A DNA stretch of 64,000 bases from Oculina patagonica (taxonomy: Eukaryota), in the NCBI RefSeq assembly GCF_052425735.1, contig NC_135760.1, forward strand, positions 7,688,001-7,752,000, written 5' to 3'. Positions 42,859-55,510 of this stretch are shown here, in pieces. How positions within the stretch are numbered: position 1 is the stretch's first letter; the number at the start of each line of letters is the position of its first letter. A model generated the notes under the pieces. The model was not told the origin of the DNA and searched no databases. It worked only from the letters and a program-made list of their open reading frames with translations. The position numbers were made by a program, and so were the translations under genes.

Positions 42859-44034
42859 TCAGTTCCTTTCAAGCGGCAAAGAAACGTCAGAACCTATTGA
42901 TTCCCTACTCTCTCCTTTACGCAGTAACTTTGCGATCTTTTTCCTTCCTGATTTTACGCGTCCTGCCGAAGTGATCGGCGTAGTTTTGCCGCTAAGAGGC
43001 GAGGAAGTGTTTTTCCTTGCTTTAGCAGCTTTTTGCAAGCCTTTGATTCTCGAGTTGATCTCGTTGATCTGAGCAAAGTTCATCTTGGTTTTTCCTTGTT
43101 CAGACTGATTTTCTTCAAGACCCTCTTCAGCAACTTCTTCCGCTAACGGAGGGAGAGTTTTCACCGGTTTCGGGACAATTTTGTAACCCTTGCGGTAAGA
43201 GCTTGTTGTCTGTTGATGAAATATTCCGTATAAACGCAGCAAATCCTCCTGCACTGGTGTACATGGCGTAAAAAAATCCGGCACTACAATCCTATCGGGC
43301 GCAGTAAAAGGACGATCTTTACTAGGTTTTTTCCTCTCGACTATTTTGGGAAGAGAAAAAGCATTCGTGGTCTTCGCACTTAGAGTCTTGCGTAATTTTC
43401 GCGACGATTTTTTATCCACTTTATGCTTATTCTCGACGGTATAAAACGATGAAATGACCCGCTTTCCATTTCGTAGCATTTCTTTTTTCCACTCTGCGGC
43501 GCTTTTAAACTGCTCCATATCTCGGACTTCCAACGAAGCCTTGCCTTCCTCGATTAAAACGTCCGCGCATTGTGCATGCCCTATTTTTAAAGCGTGTATA
43601 AGCGGCGTTTCGCCCTTGTTATTTGGTGTATCCACGCTTAAACCGTAGTGTTTTAATTTCTTAACAATCATCTTGACAATCGAGAGATCTCCCACGGTAA
43701 TTGCATGGAAGAGCGCTGTGTTTGCATCTTTGTCGACCGCATTTAAATTGTAGTCCACAAATTGTAGAAACAAAGTGACAAGTTTTATCCTTTTCAAAAT
43801 GCACGCGTAAGACAAAGCGGTCAGCCCTTGCTCATCCTGAAAATCGAGCGCTGCGCCGTTTTCTAAAAGCATCTTCGCCAAGCCAAAAGCTTTTTCTTCG
43901 TCGTCTAGGAAACAGACTTCCATGATCGGTGTCCTCTTGTTTTGGCCTCGCCAGTTGATATCAGAACCGGCCTCAATCAACAGACGAGCTTGTCTCCAAC
44001 GCTTGTTACGAATGGCTTGACTTAACGCCGTCAT
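42859..44034 (-). CDS. Single-exon ankyrin-repeat protein, ANKRD63/ANKRD34-like
   Basis: About 391 aa from ATG 44034. About five N-terminal ANK repeats (RTPIMEVC, GLTALSYAC, NTALFHAI, GETPLIHAL), with the KKLKHYGLSVDTPN segment typical of ANKRD63-like proteins, then a basic low-complexity tail. An upstream exon cannot be excluded. Confidence 0.85.
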   Translation of the reverse strand: MTALSQAIRNKRWRQARLLIEAGSDINWRGQNKRTPIMEVCFLDDEEKAFGLAKMLLENGAALDFQDEQGLTALSYACILKRIKLVTLFLQFVDYNLNAVDKDANTALFHAITVGDLSIVKMIVKKLKHYGLSVDTPNNKGETPLIHALKIGHAQCADVLIEEGKASLEVRDMEQFKSAAEWKKEMLRNGKRVISSFYTVENKHKVDKKSSRKLRKTLSAKTTNAFSLPKIVERKKPSKDRPFTAPDRIVVPDFFTPCTPVQEDLLRLYGIFHQQTTSSYRKGYKIVPKPVKTLPPLAEEVAEEGLEENQSEQGKTKMNFAQINEINSRIKGLQKAAKARKNTSSPLSGKTTPITSAGRVKSGRKKIAKLLRKGESRESIGSDVSLPLERN

Positions 44035-44838
44035 TTCACCCAAAAATACCTTTGTGAAGCGGATAATTTTTCCCTCTCTTTTTATTGACTAAAGAGTCAA
44101 ACTTTTCACTGTGGCGTGTGAATTAAATCGAAATTGTAATTACGCCGCAAAACGAAAACATGACTTTATTGATAACTACCGTGTACTTTGTTTCGACCAA
44201 TGGGATTACAAGTTGATAAAGCGAGACAGGTGATATCACAGTGTGAATTACTTATTTCCTTAGTAAGCCTGATTTACACCTGTAGGAGAAAATGGATTTA
44301 AAAAATAACAAGCAAGGGCGTATTTTTGGTGTTTTGATTAGTGAAATAATATTTTTTATTATGGTCACTGGAAACCAACGATCTAGTTGTTTTCCTTTAT
44401 GTTTCTTGGCGGGAGTTCCGGACTGTTATATTTCCAGTTGGATAAAAACCAATATTCTTCCCCAAAATATCAGACGTATTGACGCATGATGCAACTGGAA
44501 AATTTATTCTAAAAAAATAATGTTTTTCTTTCTTTCGATAGATTTGAACGAAAAAATAATCGGTTAATATAAATTCTGCCTCTCGTTTGAATGCTACAAA
44601 GGCATTGAAGTAAAACATAATTTATATTTATTAATTTATTGTTTATCAACATTTTCAAATTGAATTTTATTCCCACTGTTCCTAGACGATAATTACATGT
44701 ATAGCTAGCTACAAGCATCTATTATAATTAATAAGAGTTTTTTTTTATTTGAGGGATTTCTGCGTCATTGAATACATCAACTCACGCGATGGCTCGCTCG
44801 GTCGGGATGCCTGGAGAGGTACAAAAACTGCGGTCTCA

Positions 44839-45567
44839 GGCCCCGTCCACACTGACCCGGGTAAATTTGAAAACGGCGCGTAAAATGTTTTCCGTCCACA
44901 TTATCGTTTTTGTATTGTTTTCAAAATGTTCCCCGTCCACATTAACCCGGGTAAATTTGAAAACGATAGCGGCATCGGCCATAGATGAAAATGGCAGAAC
45001 ATGCGTGCATTATAACTGGAGCCCGTGCTATATTCAAATGAGGAAATTTTTTTACTATAAATGTTTTTGTCGGCGCCGAGGATAACGTCGATTAAAAGAT
45101 ATTTTACTTAAGAACATTTCGATGATCCATAGATTTCAAAGCTAACCTCACCTGAATATTTAAATACAGCGATCATTTCCAAAAGGAAGTCGAAAATTCA
45201 CGCCGTAAAGAATTTACTGATTTAGCGTTCGGAGTTTTAAATTTAGGTTGTAAAGCGCAACGTTCAGCTGCAAACAACAAATTAAGCTCGATAATAAACA
45301 AAGAAGCATAAACATCAATTCGTCTGCCATCTTGAATTGATGTTCGTAGGGGACTGTGACAGAGATCACATGGCCATTTGACGTCAACGTTTTCGAAAAG
45401 TATCGTTTTCTTTAGTCCACACTACACCACCTAGCCGGCATTTTTAAATTTACCCACTTTCGAGAGCGTTTTAGAAGACCGAAAACGCTGTTTCAGTGTG
45501 GACGGTTGGCCTAACCGGGGAAAAAAGATGCGTTTTCAAATTTACCCGGGTCAGTGTCGACGGGGCC
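44839..45567. mobile_element. PIF/Harbinger-type MITE, long form of the 40923 family, TCA TSD
   Basis: Same TIR and subterminal sequence as 40923-41141; TCA at 44836-44838 and 45568-45570. Confidence 0.85.
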
Positions 45568-45599
45568 TCAGAAAGCTGCAAATGCTCTATTAAGTTACG

Positions 45600-46025
45600 T
45601 TAAGTTAAGTTAAGTAAAAAACAGAAAGGCTGACCGTACGGTAGGCGGATTGAACTATTATAATTTCCTTCCAATATTTCGTCAGGCACGGCCTGACTTC
45701 ATCAGGGAATGAACAACTAACGAAAAAACTTTACTATTTAAACAACCAAGACTAAAGATAATAAGATTACAATTGTAAAATAACCCATGAATTAAAACCA
45801 ACGGAAAAACAAACTAAGTTTAATATACAAAAGAGGGTAAAACAAACGGTTATACACTAAGTACATTAAACTAATTCCACTAAAACTCATACACTCATCT
45901 CATGACGCACCACTAGGGAGAGAGGCGTATCTTATCAAGGGTGCCAAACTAAAGACCATTAATAAACGTGAAGAAATTTAATATAGTGTACAATGTATTT
46001 AGTGTATCACCGTTTGTTTTTCCTT
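45600..46025. mobile_element. Penelope-like retroelement fragment with inverted pseudo-LTR
   Basis: Plus strand about 45871-45980 encodes a degraded GIY-YIG C-terminus (LIPLKLIHSSHDA..REAYLI..NKREEI*). The following 3' UTR start (45992-46022) recurs inverted at about 45838-45868, and that inverted copy runs into a hammerhead motif. Confidence 0.65.
45665..45713 (-). ncRNA. Minimal type I hammerhead ribozyme
   Basis: UUCAUUCC-CUGAUGA-A-GUCAGGC-CGU-GCCUGAC-GAAA-UAU-U-GGAAGGAA: complete catalytic core, 7-bp stem II, 8-bp stem I with one mismatch, palindromic AUAU in place of stem III. Confidence 0.75.
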
Positions 46026-46696
46026 AGAATTTTTTTCACCTTCATTTGATGCAAGGTTTTTTAAGATGATATTTTTATTTTTTTCCCCATGGCTCCATTT
46101 GCACTATATTTTTTCAGCCGTTCTTTCTAAACAGGAACTTGTTTTTGGAAATGCTCAACCTCCCTCCCCCTCAAAAATTTTTTGGCTCGTCCCTAAAGAC
46201 GTCTGGCAACTTGGTTGCTATGAGACTTAAACATAGCAACGAAATGACGTTTTCCTTCTTGGGAGCAGTTTAAACAGGGTCTGTTGGCTTGTTTTGTTGC
46301 TGTTCAATAAGTGCTCATGACTATACGGATCCCTTACTGAAAGTTCGAAAATAAGAAAATTTTCACGAGTCTTTTTCTTTAACCGAAGTTTTGTTTTGAT
46401 TTATGGAAATGTTGTTGTTCTAGGTCTACAAGCAGTAAAAATGAGTTTGCTGGCTTCAAGGTTAAAATTCTTTGTACAGAAAAAAACTGCATCACCGATA
46501 ATTTACTGCAGTTTCAAGAATTCATGAAATTTTTTCTTAACAGCTCGGTAAAAAAATTTAGTCTACGGTATGTCACCAGATATCTGCTATACAAGATGCC
46601 TTTATTAGAAAGTCAGTTGACTCTTATCAACTATTTGCTCTGGAACGAAGTTTCCAAGTTGTACGTAGGACGCTTCTCAGTTTGTGCTATCCATTG

Positions 46697-49600
46697 CTAT
46701 GGTCTTTCTGGTCTTTCGTCCTAAAAACAGCAAAAGCAAATCAGAATTCGAGGAAATTCATTTTTAAATTGTAAAAAGGAAATTGTGTGCTCTGAATAAA
46801 TTATAACAGCATCGGTTACAAGCCGTAATTAATAGTTAATTAGTAAAGGCAGTTCATCAAATCTTAGGCAGTGTCATCTACCATACCGGTCCTTACTTGC
46901 CCCAAACCCCAACCCTAAAACACTTTTCCTCTCTGTGACTTGAGTTTGGGCATAAAAACGTTTAAGTCAAAGTTCGGCTAGAAAAGTAGGGTCTGCACAA
47001 CAGTACATCCAGCTTCAATAGACTACTAAGTTTTCTCGATTGTTATTAAAGCCGGGCCCACACGAGTAAAGGAAGCATGTACGTTCAAAATAATACGCAC
47101 ACGCAGGAATCTACGCTCGTTTTACAAGCTAGTGAGAACCTGGCCCGGACCCAGTAATATCGATTCTTCGAATAGTGTTAGAAGAATCTAATCGCTAAAG
47201 ACAAGATAATATTCTCTTGCATAAGAAAAAGGAGCGTGTCGATCATAAACATAATTATCTCGACAACAAGTAAGTCATGGGACGAACCAATTGCATTTGG
47301 GACACAAGCAGATCACCATCGTGGAAGAAGTCACGTGTGGTGGGACAAAAACGGCGATACCTTTGCAACGAGCACAAACTGAGAGGTGGTATTAAAATAC
47401 TAAAGCGTATTCCTTTTAATTATTAACAGGTTTAATTGTTAATTGTCTTTAAAACGACTGAGTTTCAGAGGTAGTAGCTTCTATCCCGTCCATTTTGTTT
47501 GTGTATAGCACTTCCTGCTACACAATTAGCAACTTAACAACAACAACAGTGACCTAAATAGTCGGCTGATTTTTTTTCTGACCTTGTCACTCGAAATAAA
47601 CTCGAAGCCAGTTGTATACTTTTAAATTAACTTATGCAGCTTTTTGACTTGAAGTTCTCAACAACGCGTCCTCAATAAAAAATGTTCCCCTAAGTTAAAC
47701 TTACCTCTCTTCCAAAGTCAAATGTCACGTTATCTCCAATCAGCACAAACGGTGCCCATTCTCTCACGTCAGAATAGCCATAACATCTCATCCACTTCAT
47801 GGCCTTGTGAAGAGATTCACTTGCACTTTCCCCACGAACAAGATGCTCATAGAAACGACGCATCAGCTGCTCTGTTGAACTGTCTTTTAACGCCCACAAT
47901 GCCACCAGTACTGAGCGTGCACCTGATCCTAAGAACGCTCGAGCGATTCCAACTACTCCCTCGGCTCTAATTTGTCCACGCCCACTGTGACAACAGCTTA
48001 GCACTACCAGTTTGGCTCGCAGTTGAACTTGTGAAATGTCATACATTGTCAATAGGTAATCTTCTTCTTGTGGAATCCTATTAGAAGAACGCACAGGAGA
48101 AAGGGCAATTTCTCCTCGTTCGGCATTACCATGTGCAGCAAAATGTATCAGACTCACTGAATGAATCATTTGAAGTATCGCCTGCTTGGTCGCGTGCTGT
48201 CCTAACAAAGGCTGAACGCCCAGCATTTCTCCAATCATCTCTGCTTCCTTTCTTGCATAAGGCAATGGCGTTATGTTTTCTGTTCGTCCTTTGTAAAGCA
48301 CCTCACCAACTTCAGGATCTCCCACTATAAGTGCACCACTCTGACTGTGATAGTCCGGGGGACTGTCTTGAATGAGCTCGAGAGTCGTCAAAGAAGGAAC
48401 GACGCGGATCCTGAAAGTCTCTGACAAATACTGTCCGTCTTCATCGCGTAACGCTGCAAATGGAACTTGGTACAAGGAGCGATCAGGAACAATGATAATT
48501 TCGGGCTCCTTAAGTAAGTCGGCCACAGGAGCGATGAGCATTTTGTAGAACAAAGGCTCGGGATCTTGGTTGTCTTCATCGTTATCCGCTACAAGACGCA
48601 AATTTGCGAGGCTCTCCTCCTGATAGGAATCAGGCTGAACCATATTCTAAAGATCGATCTTCACAATCCTCATCAGGTAAAATTACAAAGCTGCGAAAGC
48701 TTTTGGCAAAAAAATCATCCAAATCGTGAACTAATGCAGCGTGATCGTTGCTTTCATTTACTGTTTTTCTTCGAAAATGAATGTCTCCGCTCATTGTGAA
48801 AATCCACAAAAACACCCAATGAGCACGGTGGGAAATGTAAAGACAGGTGCAATTACTTTCTTTTTTCATGGCATTTTCAATGCCAATCCACGATTGCGGA
48901 TTAGCAGAGATTTGCCTTTCAATACAGTACTGAGCTGCCATCAAGTCTGCTAAGGCACTAGCTCTTCCCAGCTCTAGAACATAAAGAGCATTATTGGGAT
49001 TCTCAGAACAACAGAAGAATGCACTGAGCGTCTTGTATGGAAAATCGTTGAAGTCTGAAAAAGATATCTTAAATTGATCGTTGTTTTCAAGCAAACGTCG
49101 CAAATCTTCGCTTTTATTGATACTCAGTAGTAAATAGTCAAATGCTTCCGAGATCTTTTCTAGGGATAACTTCACCAATATCAAGTTACAGTACAAGTAA
49201 AACTCTAGGCCAGGGATTCCAATATCTTTACTAATTGAAAGTGCCTTCTCAAAATAACTTTCAGCTATGACTTGCTCACCAAGAATATAAAACATACTTG
49301 CAAGGTTTGCATAACTTTTTGCTTCTCCTGATCTATCACCAATTTCCATTTGAATCGCAATTGCTTTCTTGAGATGTTTTTTAGCTTGAACATATTCACC
49401 AAGATACAGAAACACTTTTCCTAGGTTAAAGTAATTTGCTGCTTTGCCTTTCCCAGATCTGTCGACAATTTTTATTGAGATCGCAAGTGCTTTCTTAAGA
49501 TGTTCTTTAGCTTGGACATATTCACCAAGAGATTGTAACAAAACTCCTAGATTTCGTAATTACGTGCTTGGCTTGCTCTGTCACCAATTTGCATTGAGAT

Positions 49601-50590
49601 CGCAACTGCTTTCTTAAGATATTCTTTAGCTTTGACATGTTCACCAAGAGACAGAAACACAGCTGCTAGATGTTCCAAATGTGCTGCTTCTCCTTTTCTG
49701 TCACCAGTTTCAATGCTGATCCCTAGTGCTATCTCTAGACATTCTTTAGCTTTGACAAAAACACCAAGAGACTGAAACACAGCCCCGAGGTTTCCATAAG
49801 AGGATGCTTTTGCTACTGTATAACCAATTTCCGTACTGATCACCAGTGCTTTCTCGTGACATTCTTTAGCTTTCTCATATTCACCAAGAGATCGAAACGC
49901 AGTTCCCAGGTGGTCGTAATTTGCTGCTTCAACCTTTCTGTCGCCAATTTCTATACTGATTGCAAGTGCTTTCTCGTGACATTCTATAGCCTGGGCATAT
50001 TCCGTAAGAGCCTGAAACACAGTTCCTATGTCTCCGTAACTTGTTGCTTCTTCTGCTCTGTCCCCAGTTTCCATATTGATTGAAAGTGCTTTCTGGAGAT
50101 ATTCTTTTGCATTGACATATTCACGGAGATGATAACACACATCTCCTAAACTTTTGTAAGCATCTCCTTCTCCTTTTCTGTCGCCCGTTTCTCTCATAAT
50201 AATGATCGCCTTCTTATAAAGTTCTTGTGCTTCTGCATATTTACGTTGCCCTTCACATATTTCTGCCAGTTGCATAGTGAGATTCCCTTCTTCAGCGGTT
50301 TCACCACACTCGCGGTAAATGAGAAGAAGTTCCCTGCCGTACTTAACAGCATTTGTGTAATCAGAGATCCGACAGTATGCACGGAAGATCACTCGATGGC
50401 TGGCAATCTTGAATAGTTTGACAAACCGTTCTCGTTTTTTAAGTTGTTCATTTTTTAGGAAAATCAAACATTCCTTACACAACGGGATGGCGTTTAAACC
50501 ACGACCGGTATTGAGAAGGAAAATAGCAATAAAGGTGCCTATATAGATGGCTGCTTTGGTGTCTAATATAACGTCCTCTGTGCTGTTCAT
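46697..50590 (-). pseudogene. TPR-CHAT protease paralog A, split by two 1-nt frameshifts
   Basis: ORFs 50590-49547, 49541-48630 and 48643-47690 are collinear with the intact paralog. 1-nt deletion near 49553 and 1-nt insertion near 48647. Phase-0 donor after 47705; terminal exon 46720-46697 (DERPERP*). Catalytic His (48133-48131) and Cys (47992-47990) retained. The indels could be assembly errors. Confidence 0.75.
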
Positions 50591-51038
50591 GGTGTCTTCT
50601 TCTTAAAGCCTTGCAAAATGATATAGTAAAACGAAAAAAAGATTAATAGAGTACAGAATGTATAGAATGAAGTTAGCAAGTGATTTAGAATAACGTTATG
50701 CTTTTGTGAAACATTGACTGTGGTCTTGTTTTGCTTAAGTTAGTTTTCGTCTTTGGAACAAATGAAATCAGTGCTATATGCAGAAAAACGCATGATGAAA
50801 GAGGGCTTCCTCGAGAAGCAGAGGATTCATATAGTCATAGTTAATAAAAGTGTAGATTTACCAGAAGATGAGCTAGGATATTTGATAATTTCTTACGTAG
50901 AATTAGATCAGTTTGTTTCAGTTGCAAGAAGAAGCTTGGGCAATCAAGGTGAAATTGTGATAGAAAAATATCTAGTAAATGTGCGCGCAGTTTTTACAGG
51001 AAACCAACCAAATTTTCGATGAAATTATTTATCTCATA

Positions 51039-51470
51039 CAGTTAAAACCCGCGAGTAAGAACCTAACATTTAAGAACCTGTTAGGCTAAAATTTCCAAAT
51101 TAAATACCATTTTTATAAGGACCTATTTAGCAATAAATTTGAAACAGGTTCTTAATTTCTAAAATGATTAGAAATGTCTACTTTTTGGAAAATAATTTGG
51201 ACACGACATTACTCAGTAATGTTATGTTCTGAATGATTAGTGCTTCATTTTTACATAAACACTATGTGGTATGCAGATTTTATATAAGAAAAAGGCCGAA
51301 TACCACTAAAGTCTCTATAACAACATTGAAACTTTTTCTTCAGAAATCAGTTAAGAACCTATTTAGAACCTAATTACCGGTAGCCTAAATTTATGTTAAT
51401 TACCCTTTATGTAAGAACCTGTTTAGGCTAATTTTAAAAACAATAGGTTCTTACTCGCGAGTTTGTACTG
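51039..51470. mobile_element. Tc1/mariner (pogo-like) MITE with TA TSD
   Basis: TIRs related to 23679-24041. The paralogous position near 59320-59340 (TGTCTCATATGCATATTTAGCC) lacks it. Confidence 0.85.
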
Positions 51471-52671
51471 TATTTAGCCTAAAACCCGACAAAAACTAAT
51501 TTTAGCCAGCGCTCATTTGCGTGACTTACTGTCAGCTCTTACAACCCAACGAAGTGAAATCAGTCACGCGATTCATGCAAATCGTTATAAGCCTCTAGCT
51601 TATTTACTACAAACATGAACTGTTTTTACATCGGCCATCGGCCATCTTATGATATATGCTTAGTTATCCTTTGCAAAAAGCATAAACTAAGATATGAACT
51701 GATCGAACTAATCTATGATTACAGCTTGTTATAATAATAGAACAAAGGGCAATTAATTGAAATACCACAGAGGGACTTTTCCTGAAAAATTGAAACTGAA
51801 ACCAAGTACCCGAAAGAAAAACCTTTCCGCTTAAGCATGTTGAATCCTTTACTTTAAACTCCATTCTTTGTCAATCACAGACGGTATAGCCGTACAGTAT
51901 TTAAGTAAATTCCATGTTGTTGTTGGCATATAACCGAATTCACATTTCAGCTTTCTGTCATGGAGAAACCGACCCGTTGTCAGAGGAAAAATGTGACCAA
52001 ACTGTATGGCAACTAGCTTCTTTTTCTATTGTAATTCTTCATTATTATTTCAGGACACGTACGGCAGACGTAAAGTTATATTTGGAAGTCACTTCATTAT
52101 GTATTTTGCACGAGTTGATCGATTTGATTCTTTCTCCTGTTCATGATAACAGACATGAGATCACAGAACCAGACAGCTTTATATGTAAGAAAAGCAAATG
52201 ATCAGGTTTTCGATTTGTTACTACGCTTGTGATATTCAATAAGTTGTTTCTATTAAAGAAATCCACCTCTGTATATTCTAATCTGGTTTAAGATGGAGAT
52301 TAGACAATGCAAGATGAGTTGTACTTACCTATCTGCCTATTTTCACCAGTGGCGCAATTACACTGCAATCAAAGGGTCATCAAACACTCGGGAGTACGTT
52401 TCCCGACATTCCGAGGAAACGGTATCATGTTATGTCACGCATATTACATGGAGTGTTACGAGGTTTGTAATCAAATAAATTTCTAAATAAACAATTTGAA
52501 AAGTTAACATACCTGTTATCAGAGTCACATTAAAAAAAAAAGCGAAAGAGAAAACACTGAGAACCAGTGTAGCAAATATAAACCTAAAAAAAATATCATA
52601 ATTTTGCACAAAAAAGAAAAGGCGGACAGATAAAGTAACGGCTGGGACAGACGCAGTGTCAACTCTGCTCC

Positions 52672-52925
52672 TACTCCCGGCATAGCTAATCGAACGTTCG
52701 AAAATCGAACTCAATCGAACTCAATCGAACTCAATCATGGATTGAATTCGATTGAGTTCGGCAATCGAACGAAATCGAACACTAGACTTTCAGTGAGTTC
52801 GATTTCCGAACAAATCGAACTCAATCGAACAAATCGAACCCAATCGAACTCAATCAATCAGATTGGGTTCGATTTAGTTCGGTAACCGAACTAATTCGAA
52901 CACAATTAAATGGATTGCGGTCGAT
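52672..52925. repeat. AATCGAACTC-type ~10-bp repeats in both orientations, probably a DNA-transposon subterminal array
   Basis: Many AATCGAAC / GTTCGATT units directly after a TACTCCCGGC end. Confidence 0.7.
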
Positions 52926-54072
52926 TGGCTCTGGTAAACCTATTTTACAGTTTATTCAATAACAGAAACCCCTGTCAGCAGTAAAGAGAACAGAACAAAA
53001 CAGACCCGTTATTAACGCTTGCGTATTCAATAACTATTGCACCAATTCATTTTTAAAAACATCTTACTGTCGTGATAGAAAGGATAAATAGTAAATGCAA
53101 CAGTAAAATTATTTTTTTCCTCAGGTCAAAATCAAAGCAAATGATCAGATGTTCCCCGTCCTACTGTTTTATTCTGTTTAAATATGTTCATGAGTTTTTA
53201 TCAATTTCCAGTTACGTTATATTGTGTTCTACAAAATCTATATTTCGCACGAGACAAATTGCAAATGTTAGCTTTAATCATGTGAAACTTTGCCAAAATT
53301 GATTTGTATCTCTAGGAACGAGACATGTCATTAAAACAATAGATAATAAGTCAAAACAATGCCCCTAGTGTTGGTGTTTACAACATGCGAATAAAAATAG
53401 AGGTTCTAGAGCCCCGCGCAGGGACTCGCATATGAAAGGGGCGGGGATGCCCGTCGTCTCACTTAGGAATGTAAATTTCGAAGTTTGGTCTTACTTAGGG
53501 TGTTCCGCGCAAAACGCTAATAATTTTCGCCTTCAGGGCCTCGTTTAAGGTTCCACACGAAGAAATAAACAAAACAGAATTTTATTTTTAGTACATTGGT
53601 ATCTTTAAGGGGTCACAAAAAGCTTCAGCCACGTCCAAATTAGGATGAGCAATTCAATCCTAAGAAACGGCGCTCTTGTTGTTTCATGTTAACGTTGCAA
53701 ATGGACACGAAAATTTTGTGTCTATAAATTTTTGGTGTCTTCAGACGACAATAAAGAGCAATGTTTTAATGTAAAGTTTAATTACACATGTTCTTTTTCT
53801 CTCTCTGTCAAACGGACAAAGCTATCCAATGGAATGATGGCGATGAAAAAGAACGCTGACTACGATAAAATAGCAAACAAGGCCAGCCTTTCAAATTTAG
53901 AAAAGAAAACGAAAAATCCTACGCAATCGATATCTTAAAATCGATGCACTGAAACTTGGCTTACACTCCTATGGGCTCGATTTTCGAGTTTCTCAAAATG
54001 ACGTTAAACAAGGAAGGAGAAAGAAAATAGAAAAGGGAGAGAGAGGAAAGGCAGGACAGGCCGTATCAAAAA

Positions 54073-54258
54073 GAAAGTCTGCGTTCGAGCGTAGTGGCGC
54101 GCCCATCAGGCCGGAACTTATCTTGGTTACAGCAGTCTCATCAGGTGACCAGGAGTATTTACACTCCCCCCTGGATGGGATGCTTGTCCATGGCAGGGGC
54201 CCCAGGGCTGCCCCCAAGTAATAAATTCGCCGTCACCCATTTACACACCTAGGTGGAA
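54073..54258 (-). mobile_element. tRNA-derived SINE, partial copy
   Basis: Body matches the 7101 and 10001 copies. Confidence 0.75.
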
Positions 54259-54540
54259 AAAAAATACCGCAGAGGAAGAAATCAGCGGAAAAAAACCTGG
54301 TCCAGATTTTAAACCACGTCATGACTAGCATTTTAGTCAATCAAATGGTCAAGCTATTATAAATATCGCAACCAAAGCTATATTGACCTAAACCTCACCG
54401 TAATTTTTTCTGCAACGCTATGAACAAGCCTTTAATGATGTATATGATCATGTTTTTTGAATCAATCTTGGAAACATTGCGATAGAATCATCCTAGACTC
54501 CTACCATATCGCCACTTCTGAGAACTTAGCTCTTTTTAAA

Positions 54541-54710
54541 GGCCGATTTACAAGGTACGATTTTGTCGCATGCGATATGTTTGCGACATGCTTGCGACAG
54601 GCCTACGACACGAATTGTGTCGTGTAAGTCAAACCTACAACTCGCTTACGACTGTCGTAGGCGTGTCGTAATCTTGTCGCATGCGACAAAATTGTACCGT
54701 GTAAATGGCC
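54541..54710. mobile_element. Short palindromic Harbinger-like MITE
   Basis: GGCCGATTTACAAGGTACGATTTTGTCGCATGCGA ... TCGCATGCGACAAAATTGTACCGTGTAAATGGCC. Confidence 0.7.
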
Positions 54711-55510
54711 AATCAGCGGTCATGATCCAGAGAACACAGGGAGCAATACGTTTACACTGAACGGTAAATAACACACTGGCGTAAATCGCTGGCGCAATCG
54801 GAATCGATCAAAAGGGAATAGGGGAAGGTTTACTGAAATAAAGATAGGCCGTTTTGTGCTAGCATTGGAGAAACAGGATACGATCTAAGATGGACCCTTT
54901 ACATGTACAGCCCTAGACAAAGAAAAGTCATATTTTTAACTTTTAATTTGATTTAATATTTCACTACTCACATCAACTTATGGATTTCACAACTCTCAAT
55001 GAAATGCTGTACGATTACAAATCTCTCTTGATTGTACTGAGTGTTAAGCGGTCACTCGTCAGGAGTTCGTGACAACTTCGCGCTTATCGTAAAAGTACAG
55101 CAGTTGTCACGTAAAGGGCGCTTCGCTAAACCTACGCCAGTCAAACACCATCCTGTTTCTACGACTACGATTGATTTTGACTCCGAAATTTGCGTAAACA
55201 GGGCTTTTAACAATATATACGTCTGCGATAGTTTCGCGAAATCATTTGTGCTCTATAAAAAAGTCAACGTCTGCTTTACGCACTAAAAACTACATCACTA
55301 CATATTTATTGCATTTCTAAGAAGTCCTTGAAATTTAAAAACGAGGATGTTAATAGCTCGGCTGAAATGAAAAAAATATTGTGTGCGGTATATCGCATGT
55401 AATCACTTAAATTATTTACAAGACGCCTTTCTCTATCAATGAGCTAGCGGCAACAAACTTTACTAAGTTTCTCAGGTTGCACGAAGTTTTTCAGCTTGTG
55501 CTGTCCATTG

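Noticed and set aside
52690-52925. Regularly repeated AATCGAAC units as a CRISPR-like array
   Set aside because: Units are about 10 bp, adjacent or inverted, with no unique spacers and no cas genes, in a eukaryotic context.
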